The notes under the pieces were generated by a model, which saw only the letters and a list, made by a program, of their open reading frames with translations, was not told the DNA's origin and ran no database searches. Below are positions 48,195 to 57,701 of a stretch of DNA of 64,000 nt, piece by piece. The stretch's first letter is position 1. Each line of letters starts with the position of its first letter. Made by a program: the position numbers and the translations under genes. The DNA lies in the IMG/VR virus record IMGVR_UViG_3300012009_000091, positions 32,001 through 96,000 of that record; one strand, 5' to 3'. This DNA is from a virus.

Positions 48195-48683
48195 ATGACC
48201 GTCCAATCTCCAGCTCAAACTCTTCAAACCTTCGTTACCGAAGTCCGGAATTATCTCCGCGATTTTCCTTCTCTCAATCTTCTCTTAAACAATCAGGAGG
48301 AGACGTCTGATCGACAGCTCCTTTGGATTATTGCTGAGGTACTGGATGATTGGAACCAGTCTACGCCTCCGATCGGGTTCTTGGATATCAATCAGATCCC
48401 TCGAAGTTACCTCCTGAAGGGTGTCGTCGCTGAAGTTTTGATGTCGGTGGCTATCTTGAATCTTCGTAACTCCTTGCGATACACTGACGGACAGGTTACG
48501 GTGGACCTGGATAAGTATCAGCAGCTCATGGCTATGCGGCAGATATTGCGACAGGAGTACGAAGCGAAACGGAAGGCGTGGAAGACGTCTCGGAATTTGG
48601 AGATGGCTTTAAGTTCTTCCACTGGTGTACACTCTGAGTACTTCTACGTGAGCTGTGGGTGTTTCAGTACGTACACAGACTAG
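48195..48683 (+). CDS. Probable head-tail adaptor (neck) protein
   Basis: Helical, VRNYLRD...DWNQSTPP...YTDGQVTV; position after the capsid gene. Confidence 0.55.
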   Translation: MTVQSPAQTLQTFVTEVRNYLRDFPSLNLLLNNQEETSDRQLLWIIAEVLDDWNQSTPPIGFLDINQIPRSYLLKGVVAEVLMSVAILNLRNSLRYTDGQVTVDLDKYQQLMAMRQILRQEYEAKRKAWKTSRNLEMALSSSTGVHSEYFYVSCGCFSTYTD

Positions 48684-48693
48684 GAGAGATGAG

Positions 48694-49170
48694 ATGAACT
48701 TGTTCGAGCAACTCGTTCTGGGAAAGACGGCTGAAGAAGTTCCGTCGGCAATGACTGAACCGCAGACGGAAGAAGAACAGATCCGGGCTCTAGTCGATGA
48801 GCTGGATATGAACGACCTCTCCAACGAAGAGCTCTTGGAGCTGGCTGAGCAGGCCCGCGCTCAAGAGCTTCAGTTGACTGACGAAGACGACGAGGGCATG
48901 GAAGAGATGGACGCTGGAGCGAAAACTGCGTCTGTCGCAGACTATGAGCAATATGGAGAAGCGCTGAAGCAGGCCAATGCGTTCCTGGGTCGCGTCCGTG
49001 CTCATGCTTTCTGGGATGAACTCGAGAAGATCTCTCAATCTGATGATTTCTCGGAAGAGAAAAAGGACGAGAAGAAGAAGGACAAGAAGAAGAAAGAGGA
49101 GATGGAGAGTGAAAAAGAGGCGAGTTCCAAATTCGCCGAGGCGCTTCGTATCATCTCCGAAGGACTATAG
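48694..49170 (+). CDS. Acidic head core protein
   Basis: GKTAE, AKTAS, LKQAN, GRVRAHAFWDELEKISQ, EKEAS, SKFAE. Confidence 0.65.
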   Translation: MNLFEQLVLGKTAEEVPSAMTEPQTEEEQIRALVDELDMNDLSNEELLELAEQARAQELQLTDEDDEGMEEMDAGAKTASVADYEQYGEALKQANAFLGRVRAHAFWDELEKISQSDDFSEEKKDEKKKDKKKKEEMESEKEASSKFAEALRIISEGL

Positions 49171-49179
49171 GAGAGCACA

Positions 49180-49677
49180 ATGAGCAATCTGTTCATGATT
49201 CCGTTTGTCGAACCCTCTCCGTCGGAAAAAACGGCTTCGGGTGGGCCTGACGAATACGCCCAAGTTTTGGTGTCTGGAGACCCCGAGTCAATCGCATCCA
49301 TCATGAGTGATGAGGATCTGGCCTTTCACAAGTTGGGTGAGGATCTGATGGAGAAATTGGCCGGAGGATCTCCTCTGACCGAGCAGGATGTTGATGTTCT
49401 GGATGACACTGAGGTCGCGGCCCTGTCACTCTTGAGTGATGGAAACGAGCCTGGACCTGAGATCATGTACAAAGTGGCTGCGTATCTCGAGTTCTACAAT
49501 GAACTCGCCGCCAATGAACGCGCTGGCCGTAACTTTGCGCGTGCGTATGTCCAGCAGCAGAAACTGGCTTCTGTCCGACAGGAAGAGGACGTCCAGAAGT
49601 TGGCCAATCATCCGGGTTTTCAGATGGCTATGGCGACGAAGGCACAGCAGATTCTCCACCACCGTGGAGTGAAGTAG
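49180..49677 (+). CDS. Acidic head core protein
   Basis: EKTAS, HKLGE, EKLAG, YKVAA, GRNFARAYVQQQKLAS, QKLAN. Confidence 0.65.
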   Translation: MSNLFMIPFVEPSPSEKTASGGPDEYAQVLVSGDPESIASIMSDEDLAFHKLGEDLMEKLAGGSPLTEQDVDVLDDTEVAALSLLSDGNEPGPEIMYKVAAYLEFYNELAANERAGRNFARAYVQQQKLASVRQEEDVQKLANHPGFQMAMATKAQQILHHRGVK

Positions 49678-49678
49678 C

Positions 49679-50482
49679 GTGCCGTACTCTGCTTTACAGT
49701 TGGGGAGAGCGCATCGCTATCAAGCGGATATGCCTCATCTTCCAGTTGAAGATCGAGCGAGGCATGAACATGCGGCGATGCAGTCCTTTGGGCAGAACCC
49801 AACAGGCTACGTAGCGGAAAGAGGACTTCGCGGTCTTCTCCCCATGGGAGCAACTACTGCTCTTGCGACTGCAGTGGCTGCTCCTAGATTTGCGAGGAAG
49901 TTTCAATACCAAGCGGCAGATGCTTTACATAATCAGGCTACAGGTAGTTGGTTGAGGCTGGCCGGCATACTAGAACCTGACGCCATCAAAGGAGAATTGG
50001 AAAAGCAGGTGGCTCGGCGCCGCTTCACGCAGAAAGGGGTGGACTTCATTGAGAAGGAGGTTCGGCCGCTCGCCGAGTCCCAAATGCAAGCGGCTGAGAA
50101 ACAATTGGGTCGAGTACCGGTTGACCCTTCGACCCTGTCTCGTTCGGTAGACAAACTTCCTACTCCTCAACGAAAGGCTGCGCGGAAAGAGCTGAGGTCT
50201 CTCATTCTGGGGTCTCAGAAAGCTCGTTATTACAAGACTCTCGGCGAGAAAGTATTCGGCCGTCTGCACAAACATAAGCTCCCTTTGATCGCTGGCGCTT
50301 CCATTTTGGGTGGCCTGATTGGTGCCGGAGCCGGAGCTGCTCGATTGTCGAAAGCGGAATCGAAAACGCCTGATGATTACCGAAGAGAGATCGCAGCAGC
50401 AGAAACGGAGCAGGCTATCAACTATCAGAAACCGCGCTCGACGCAAATTGCTGACGTAGCGTGGCAAGCTCTGGCGGAATAG
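49679..50482 (+). CDS. Basic protein with glycine-zipper segments
   Basis: GLLPMGATTALATAVAA and LIAGASILGGLIGAGAGAA. Confidence 0.6.
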   Translation: MPYSALQLGRAHRYQADMPHLPVEDRARHEHAAMQSFGQNPTGYVAERGLRGLLPMGATTALATAVAAPRFARKFQYQAADALHNQATGSWLRLAGILEPDAIKGELEKQVARRRFTQKGVDFIEKEVRPLAESQMQAAEKQLGRVPVDPSTLSRSVDKLPTPQRKAARKELRSLILGSQKARYYKTLGEKVFGRLHKHKLPLIAGASILGGLIGAGAGAARLSKAESKTPDDYRREIAAAETEQAINYQKPRSTQIADVAWQALAE

Positions 50483-50494
50483 GACTCGTGAACT

Positions 50495-51406
50495 GTGTTG
50501 GTCGTTCGGGACATTCGAGTACGCAGCCTCAGCGTAGACTACGCTCATGTCATCTGGCAGATCGAACCGACCACTGAAGACCTCTCTCTTTACAACTTCT
50601 ATGTTCTTCGGTCTGGAGGACAAGAAGGTCCATATGAAACAGTAAGTAGTCCTCTCGTTGATACGTACGTTTGGCGTGATAATTGGAGCCAGGATGTACG
50701 TGCGTGGGGAGGCCATTACTACCGTATTCTCGTCGAGCATCGGGGTACGGGAGAGACTCAAGAGTTCGGTCAACGAACGCCAGAAGAAGTAACTGAAGGC
50801 CACGCAATCGGTGGTGTTTCTTATTTACCGGAACCCACGCCCATTGGACGGGAGATTTCGCGTCGACAGGATCTGGTCAATCGGATTTATGCTGGGAGAG
50901 ACTATTTGATCTTTCAGCGACGTGTGTTCGGACAACGTTGTCCTACGTGTTGGGATCCGATTCAACGTCAAATGTCAGAGAGCCGATGTAAAACCTGTTT
51001 CGGTTCTTCCTTTGTAGGAGGCTACTACCGTCCCATACAGGTTGCTCTTAGTAAGTCCGTGGCGCCTCGAGTAGATGATCTCGGGCCGATGAAAAAACAG
51101 TCGGAGGCCGTGAGTTTTCGTTTAGCAAGCTTTCCAGAGATCAAACCAGGCGATATGATAGTGGAAGTGTTAGGCAACCGAAGGTGGCGTGTGAACCAGG
51201 TCGTTCCGTCATATGTGCAAGGTGCCTTAGTTAGTCAACAGTTGGTAGGTGCATTGATCATCAAGTCCGATATCGAGTACTCTGTACCTGTGAGGGGGAT
51301 CGACCCGATTCGGTTCGAAGCCATTGCAGCGCACCACTACGAGGGTGCAGTGAATACTGAGTCGCAAATCGAAATACGAAATCGTCGCGATCCCCTGGAG
51401 GTGTAA
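50495..51406 (+). CDS. Probable neck/head-closure protein with zinc finger
   Basis: Ig/FN3-like N-terminus, RCPTCWD...CKTCFG..GGY, PEIKPGDMIVE..RWRV. Confidence 0.5.
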   Translation: MLVVRDIRVRSLSVDYAHVIWQIEPTTEDLSLYNFYVLRSGGQEGPYETVSSPLVDTYVWRDNWSQDVRAWGGHYYRILVEHRGTGETQEFGQRTPEEVTEGHAIGGVSYLPEPTPIGREISRRQDLVNRIYAGRDYLIFQRRVFGQRCPTCWDPIQRQMSESRCKTCFGSSFVGGYYRPIQVALSKSVAPRVDDLGPMKKQSEAVSFRLASFPEIKPGDMIVEVLGNRRWRVNQVVPSYVQGALVSQQLVGALIIKSDIEYSVPVRGIDPIRFEAIAAHHYEGAVNTESQIEIRNRRDPLEV

Positions 51407-51409
51407 AGA

Positions 51410-52090
51410 ATGAATATCAACGCGCTAGAGTCTTTTGCCTACGAGTTTGAGAAGATCGCTGCGCCGGAGTTCTCTGTGCCGGATGTCGCGGGTTTCTTTA
51501 CGCCGGATCCCACTGCGTCGGCATCGCCATCGTCAGGAGTACGGCGTGGTTCTTCTGGGTTCGGAGTTCTTGGGGGATACGACGAGGAAGACAACGAGGA
51601 GTACCTGGGTTTTTCGTCTGGTTTTGATCCTGGAGATATTACAGACGTTGGTTCTCGTATCGGGGAGACGGTAGCTGGTCCAGCCGGAAACATCGCTGGT
51701 GGTGCTCTTGCCACCGCACTGCCCTTCCTCGCTGCTTACGCGGGTGTTCGGGGATTAGGCCGACGACTCGGGCGTTCGGCTGTTAATCCTCAGACAGGAA
51801 AGGTCGTCGGAAAGGGGCTCAAAGGATGGCTTGCGAAACGGTTTCCTAAGAGCGAGGTACAGGCAACGCGAATCAAGGCCTTGGAAAGGGCTCGCAGGGG
51901 CACCGGATCGAAATTAACAGAGCAAAAGCGCACGATTCGTGATTTGCAAGATCAAATTGATAGTCGGACGCCGTATTGGCGACATCCTGCGACTTTAGTT
52001 GGAGGAGGTGTACTGGGGAGCCAGCTACTTTCTGACGGGTCTGACGGGTCCGGTGGATCTGGTAGAGGTCGGGTAGTTAATGTTGTGTAG
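51410..52090 (+). CDS. Glycine-zipper protein with SFAYEFEKIA leader
   Basis: MNINALESFAYEFEKIAA; IAGGALATALPFLAAYAG and LVGGGVLG segments flanked by basic tracts. Confidence 0.7.
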   Translation: MNINALESFAYEFEKIAAPEFSVPDVAGFFTPDPTASASPSSGVRRGSSGFGVLGGYDEEDNEEYLGFSSGFDPGDITDVGSRIGETVAGPAGNIAGGALATALPFLAAYAGVRGLGRRLGRSAVNPQTGKVVGKGLKGWLAKRFPKSEVQATRIKALERARRGTGSKLTEQKRTIRDLQDQIDSRTPYWRHPATLVGGGVLGSQLLSDGSDGSGGSGRGRVVNVV

Positions 52091-52093
52091 AGA

Positions 52094-52876
52094 ATGAGCA
52101 CGATTAACCAACAGGTCCTTTATGGCAATTTCCAAAGTGAGACTCTTCAAGCCATCATTGAAGAGTATCGGCGGATTCGTCCAGACGATGACCTGCCTAG
52201 CGACGCCATTCTCAACACTACATTGATTTTTCTTCGTTCCTTGTTCTTTCTCCTCCCCGCTGATTACTCGTATCGGTGGGAAGGGGATGTCTACGGCGAG
52301 ATGGATGAAGCGGCTTCTGGTATTTGGATTGAAGCTGAACCTGATATCCACTCAGAGAAAATCGAAGTCCGCCCTGCTATCCTCCTAAGTTTAGACGGGC
52401 GTAAGTTCAGCGGTTTGCATTTGGACCAGTTCAAATACCACAGCCTCTTACGCGATGCATATACTCAACACGATCTCATCATGGGATCTCTTCGGACAGA
52501 CGTCATCTCGCGTCATTCAAAGGAGTGTCGGCGCCTCGCTGATTGGATCGGATTGGCGTATCGGCTTTTGGTACGTTATCTGACGTTTGACAGGTTTCAT
52601 TCAATCCACCCTGAGATTGGCTGGACGCCAGTCGGATCTGCAGGGGAAAAAGTTCGAGGGACATCTACATACGAATACCGAATGGCCTCTGTCGTCTTCA
52701 AATATAGTTGGGGATGGACGGGACGAACTGAGCTCAAACCAGATGTACCAGGGTCCTCGAAATGGACTCACCATATCGTCTCTTATGGTACCCCAGTCCT
52801 TGACGGGGGTCCTGATGATGATGGTATAGTCGAGCGTGACAAGGTCACGCACATCCTTGAGGTGGAAGACGAATAA
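52094..52876 (+). CDS. Probable tail terminator/completion protein
   Basis: RPAILL motif; directly upstream of the sheath gene. Confidence 0.5.
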   Translation: MSTINQQVLYGNFQSETLQAIIEEYRRIRPDDDLPSDAILNTTLIFLRSLFFLLPADYSYRWEGDVYGEMDEAASGIWIEAEPDIHSEKIEVRPAILLSLDGRKFSGLHLDQFKYHSLLRDAYTQHDLIMGSLRTDVISRHSKECRRLADWIGLAYRLLVRYLTFDRFHSIHPEIGWTPVGSAGEKVRGTSTYEYRMASVVFKYSWGWTGRTELKPDVPGSSKWTHHIVSYGTPVLDGGPDDDGIVERDKVTHILEVEDE

Positions 52877-55578
52877 TGGCTACGATAGCACCAGCAATCA
52901 GAGAACCTTCAGTCGATATCTTTCAGCAGGTTGCTCCGACTGCCACGCCGGCGGCGGTTGTTGGCATGAGCCCCTGTTGTGTGGCTCCGAACTATCAGGT
53001 TGTTCGGGCTCAAGATGACGACGGAAATTTCCGTTCAGCAGCTCTCATGGGAACCTATGAGGATCTGGATGAAACCATCACGTATGCCGTTCCATCTTTG
53101 GAAGATGGGGCTACGTTGGATGATGACAGTCTTCGTGTGTGGTTGAAGATCGGTTCGACCGATCAAGAGCTCGACGGTGAGAGCGATGAAGCGGTCGTTG
53201 TCAGTAGCGAAGCCGATTCGGTTGCGATCAATGGCAGTGAGTTCGATTTGACTGATGCCATTCAGGACTTCGTCGGTAGTGGTGTTCTAGCTAGTCAAGC
53301 GATCAGCGGTTCGGACTATGTTGTTCGGATGCTTGGCACAGATCTACAAACGAGGGACTTCCCCATCACCAATGTTGCGTCTACGGTCTTGACCGTCAGT
53401 CGGGACGCCGAGGGGTACGCGCCTTTACAGGGTGTGCCGCCGGCAACGGATGAGTATGAAGTCATTCTCAATCCGACCAAGTTCGTTGTGAATGCGGCAG
53501 CCATTTCATCTCAGCTTCGAGTTGATACGGAAACCGCCACGCTAACGATTCCTGGAGCAGCCACTCCGAATGGGGATCTGTTATACACTGCGGTTTTGGC
53601 AGGAAACGACGGCAATCAGATCACGGTCGAACATGTCGACGGGGGTGCTGGGTATACACCAATCCTCGTTGAGGTGACGAACTATGTCATCAAAGTGACG
53701 TTCGATGCCTCTGCTGATGATGCTTCGGACATTCGAGATGCTGTGCTGGCTCATGCACAGGCCCCTTTGTTGGTCACTCCGTCGATCAATGTAGACGGGC
53801 TCAGTACAGCAGCCGCTGCTGCTAATCTGACCGGCGGCAGTCACGTCATCTACTCGGCTCCAACAGGGGGTACGGCTGGAGACATCAAGCGGATCCGATA
53901 TGCGGACGGAGGGGCATTGGCGCTGTCGCTCGTCGGAAATGATCTGACGATCACATTGAATACAGGCACCACCACCGACGAAGACATTCGAGATGCCATT
54001 GAGGATCCGCTTGATCCAGCCTACGACTCCACAGTCAATGCCTGGATTAACGCACAGCACTATGGAGGGATAGCAACTCCTGAGGCCGCCGATCTACCCA
54101 ACTACACGAATCTGTCCGGCGGACAAGACGCGGACAGCGTCACTTTGGACGGTAATCTCATCGGCCAGGCGGGTATCAGTGCCAACGTGTATGTGGAATA
54201 TCGGGCGTTGAGACTGGTGTATACAGCCAGTGCTTCAATGGCGACGACGGGAAATAATCCTCGTCTGGTCCAGGCGAACAACCTCACGACCCTCGAGGAG
54301 GTAGTCGGTGAATTTTCCACCGATAATCCTCTTGGTCTGATGATGTATTACGCTCTCCTCAATTTCCCCGGTGGCGCTGTTTATGGGTTGGGGGTGGATG
54401 AGGTTAGCGAGTCGTATCCAGATGGAACCGATGCCGCATGGCAACGAGCTGCTGATTTCATGATCTCTCAGATGCCGTACTTCATGGCGATTGGTTCGCA
54501 ACGCGATGTGGTTCATGACATTTGGGTCAATCACATCAACCTCATGAATGGTGATGGTGTGTCGACAGCTGCTCGAACCGAGCGGTTCTTGTTCATCAAC
54601 AAAGAGACCCCGACCATGAGCCCCGATAGTCTATTGGGGAATGGGGATGATCTGACTGGGTCTGCCGGCACCTATCTCGCCAGCGAGAACTTTTATCTTC
54701 TCGGCGTGGCTGAAGACGACATCCTCGTAGTGGAGGATGGAAGTACGGGACCATATACTCTTCAGAACGGTCTGAAGGGGTACTATTGCAATGCGGCAGC
54801 GGTAGGGAGTCCTTACCAGCTTACTATCAAAGATCCAACGCCTTTGGCGTATCCCAATTTGGCAAGCGATACAAATTGGGCGATCTACAATCCTGGTAGT
54901 GCCCTTCAAACGGCCGGTGTGTGGGACAAAAATCTGATGGCGGAGACTGTCAATCAGTTGGCACAACAAATCTCGAATCGGAAAGTGTCGTACACATTTC
55001 CGGACAATGTGACCGTCACTATCGATGGGGCGGAACAGAGCATTGCCGGGTATTACCGGGACGCCATGCAGATCGGCCAATGTGCAGCTCAGCCGCCACA
55101 ACAATCCAAGTATCGACAATCGCTCACTGGAGCCGAGAGTCTGCGGTTCTCTGGAGACTTCTTCACCGGAGATCAACTGGATCTCATCCAGGGAGGCGGC
55201 GTGTGGGTGTATTATCAGCCTATCCCCAACGGAGCGGTGGTAACGCGACACTCCCTCACTACGGATGTCAGTAACGCGCTTACCCGGAATCCCACTTGCA
55301 GCTGGCAAGTGGACAAGTACTGTCGTGCGGTCCGAACGACCACCCAACGATCACTTGGACCGCCTATCACTCCTGCGCTTCTCTCGAACATCGGAGTGAA
55401 AATCGAAGCAGTCGGACGCTTTTCTGTCGAAAAGGGACAGTTGGCTAGCGCCGGTGTGGATTCCATCGAACAAGGAGATGGGGTCACTGCGGATTACGAC
55501 GAAATCGTGGTCCGCGGAGAGGCCAGTCCGCTGTTACCTAATAATGGTATCAAATACTACGTGGCCATCTCAGCGTAA
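52876..55578 (+). CDS. Contractile tail sheath protein
   Basis: 900 aa; N-terminal PSVDIFQ, LTGG/LSGG insert ends, C-terminal GYY..A..G..AAQPPQQ, GGVWV, VTRHSLTTD. Confidence 0.75.
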   Translation: MATIAPAIREPSVDIFQQVAPTATPAAVVGMSPCCVAPNYQVVRAQDDDGNFRSAALMGTYEDLDETITYAVPSLEDGATLDDDSLRVWLKIGSTDQELDGESDEAVVVSSEADSVAINGSEFDLTDAIQDFVGSGVLASQAISGSDYVVRMLGTDLQTRDFPITNVASTVLTVSRDAEGYAPLQGVPPATDEYEVILNPTKFVVNAAAISSQLRVDTETATLTIPGAATPNGDLLYTAVLAGNDGNQITVEHVDGGAGYTPILVEVTNYVIKVTFDASADDASDIRDAVLAHAQAPLLVTPSINVDGLSTAAAAANLTGGSHVIYSAPTGGTAGDIKRIRYADGGALALSLVGNDLTITLNTGTTTDEDIRDAIEDPLDPAYDSTVNAWINAQHYGGIATPEAADLPNYTNLSGGQDADSVTLDGNLIGQAGISANVYVEYRALRLVYTASASMATTGNNPRLVQANNLTTLEEVVGEFSTDNPLGLMMYYALLNFPGGAVYGLGVDEVSESYPDGTDAAWQRAADFMISQMPYFMAIGSQRDVVHDIWVNHINLMNGDGVSTAARTERFLFINKETPTMSPDSLLGNGDDLTGSAGTYLASENFYLLGVAEDDILVVEDGSTGPYTLQNGLKGYYCNAAAVGSPYQLTIKDPTPLAYPNLASDTNWAIYNPGSALQTAGVWDKNLMAETVNQLAQQISNRKVSYTFPDNVTVTIDGAEQSIAGYYRDAMQIGQCAAQPPQQSKYRQSLTGAESLRFSGDFFTGDQLDLIQGGGVWVYYQPIPNGAVVTRHSLTTDVSNALTRNPTCSWQVDKYCRAVRTTTQRSLGPPITPALLSNIGVKIEAVGRFSVEKGQLASAGVDSIEQGDGVTADYDEIVVRGEASPLLPNNGIKYYVAISA

Positions 55579-55588
55579 GGAGGAGACC

Positions 55589-56371
55589 GTGGCAAAACTC
55601 GAGGAATGGGACTTCTTCAATCGCAATGTCCAGAGTGGTCTGACTGAAGGCCAGTTTATGGCAGCCCAGTATACGATGATCGCTGCTGGACCGCCCAATC
55701 TAGCCTATCTCTCTGATACCAATCCATCAAATGATGATGCTGGAGTGGGTGAGAACGGGAGTGCTGTTGTGTTCCCTATGGGTTGCTCACAGCGATTCGG
55801 GATCAATCAAACACGTCAGCATGCGCGAGTCTGGGAAATTGGCTCTGAAAGGAGCTACTGGATTTCCGGTCGCGCGGTCGGGCAAATCACGCTTGGGAGG
55901 ATCGTATATCACGGTCCTAATCTCTTGCGATCACTATACGCTTACTACAGCACTACGCCGGATCCAGAGACTTTATATCCGTTTCCTTCTCTTATGGGCG
56001 ACAGTCCTGAGATCGAAGAGGCGAATAAAAATCGGAATCCACATAAAATTTCGATCTCTCCAGGGCACAAGAACATCTTCTTGAACCTGGCATCAGATCT
56101 ATTCGCGCAGACAATCGGCTTGCTGATCTACTTCAAGGACAGCAACGATGAGTCGGTGTATGCCTGCTATGCTGAGAATTGTGTGATTCCGACACATAGT
56201 TTAGGGCTCGATGCGGGTGGAACGGTCATGCAGGAGAACGTTCAGATGCAGTTTGAGCGTCTTCAGCCCGTTCACTTGACCAACGTTCTGTCGTTGGTTG
56301 ACATCACTTACTCGGGTTCTATGTCTGGTATTCCAAATAGACGGGACGTCTCGACAGGACGCAACCAGTAG
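55589..56371 (+). CDS. Tail tube protein
   Basis: Follows the sheath; QRFGINQ...RVWEIGS, YAENC, ENVQMQFE; AGGAGG before GTG. Confidence 0.7.
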   Translation: MAKLEEWDFFNRNVQSGLTEGQFMAAQYTMIAAGPPNLAYLSDTNPSNDDAGVGENGSAVVFPMGCSQRFGINQTRQHARVWEIGSERSYWISGRAVGQITLGRIVYHGPNLLRSLYAYYSTTPDPETLYPFPSLMGDSPEIEEANKNRNPHKISISPGHKNIFLNLASDLFAQTIGLLIYFKDSNDESVYACYAENCVIPTHSLGLDAGGTVMQENVQMQFERLQPVHLTNVLSLVDITYSGSMSGIPNRRDVSTGRNQ

Positions 56372-56389
56372 ATTCAATGAGGTAGAAAC

Positions 56390-57280
56390 ATGGCAGTAGT
56401 AGACTATTTCGAGACCTTCGAGCCGGTCGAGGAGCCCGATCCGAGGAGTGCTGTTCTGGAGCAGGCCGAAGCAAAGACCTACTCAAGAGTGGGTCGGCAC
56501 GTTCAAGCGTTCGTCGATGATTTGCGTTGGGATGTAGATGACGCTTTCTCCCGATTGGGAAGCGCCCTGTTCCAGAATCCGGACGACAAAGACTTCACCA
56601 AGATGCTGGGTGTGGCGCTGGTGGATGGCAAGATTTCCAACGCAGCGGCGGACAATACCCCTGTGTTCAAGGGTAACTATGCTGCGGAGAAGGATGGTGC
56701 ATCCCCGTCATCTGCCCGGGCGGTTATCGGTTCGGGAAACGGGGAACTCACACTCAATTCTGTGTTTCCTGGTGCAGGTTCCGATGTTCACCCATGCGGC
56801 AACCGCATTCTCATCACGTTCCGCAATCCTGGAACTCTCGGCGCGGCGCTGGCTGTAGATAGTGCGATCATCGAGCTTGGAGATAACGGCCGGAAGTTCT
56901 TCGCGGTTGACGTGTCTCTCGGCACTGATGGAGCAGGCGCACTTGATCCGGCGAAGAATACTGCTACGCTGGTGGCTGCTGCTCTGAATGGAGACGCGGA
57001 TATCAGCTACTTTTTGAAGATTACGGCTGGTGGTACCGGTGCTGATGCAGTCGGCGAATACGATCCGTTCCAACTTGAAGGAGGTGAGGGCGGGATCTAT
57101 TGTGTGATGATCGGTTCGGCCGCCGGGGCGTGGGAGAAAGCTTCCGTGACCACCTGGACTGATACTGCTATCACCATGGGGGACATCGACGGTACCGCAC
57201 ATACAGTTGATGATACTCTCAACTTTCTTGTCTTGGTCAACGGACTTCAGCTCCCCATTTCTGTCCACGTCGTAGCCTAG
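56390..57280 (+). CDS. Structural protein carrying a sheath-type insert domain
   Basis: GNRILITF...VDVSLGTD...TATLVAAALN...LEGG resembles the sheath inserts in this window. Confidence 0.5.
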   Translation: MAVVDYFETFEPVEEPDPRSAVLEQAEAKTYSRVGRHVQAFVDDLRWDVDDAFSRLGSALFQNPDDKDFTKMLGVALVDGKISNAAADNTPVFKGNYAAEKDGASPSSARAVIGSGNGELTLNSVFPGAGSDVHPCGNRILITFRNPGTLGAALAVDSAIIELGDNGRKFFAVDVSLGTDGAGALDPAKNTATLVAAALNGDADISYFLKITAGGTGADAVGEYDPFQLEGGEGGIYCVMIGSAAGAWEKASVTTWTDTAITMGDIDGTAHTVDDTLNFLVLVNGLQLPISVHVVA

Positions 57281-57293
57281 TTGGAGAGGTAAC

Positions 57294-57701
57294 GTGGCCA
57301 ATACCGACGCGCTCATGCGGAAATTAGCAGCTGCTGCTCTTGAGAAGTCTGCCTTTACTCCCACTGAGACGGATTTCTGGGCAGCGGCTGCTGGTCCTCC
57401 TGGGGCAGCTTTGTCTGCGCCGGAAGGGCAAGGTACGGTCTCTCTGTTGGGATCTCTTGCCGGTCTGGGAGCGGGCTACTTTCTGGGCAAGAAACTCCAA
57501 CCTACTCTGGCGCGTCGTATGGGAACGAGGCTCGGTGGACTCCTTAGTCGCTATCCACAATATGTAGGTATGGCTGGGGGTTCTTTACTCGGAGCTCGAC
57601 TTGCTCGTAAAGCCCTCGCAGCTCGGGATGTTGAGGACCTAAGCCAGCAGTACGCGCAATATCGTTATGGACCGCCCAACCACTATGGCCCGCCCGGTTG
57701 A
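57294..57701 (+). CDS. Small glycine-zipper protein with KLA/EKSA leader
   Basis: MANTDALMRKLAAAALEKSAF; LLGSLAGLGAGYFLG and VGMAGGSLLGA. Confidence 0.7.
   Translation: MANTDALMRKLAAAALEKSAFTPTETDFWAAAAGPPGAALSAPEGQGTVSLLGSLAGLGAGYFLGKKLQPTLARRMGTRLGGLLSRYPQYVGMAGGSLLGARLARKALAARDVEDLSQQYAQYRYGPPNHYGPPG

Noticed and set aside
52876-56371. Tailocin or extracellular contractile injection system
   Set aside because: Capsid, protease, terminase and a full replication module are present, so this is a phage.
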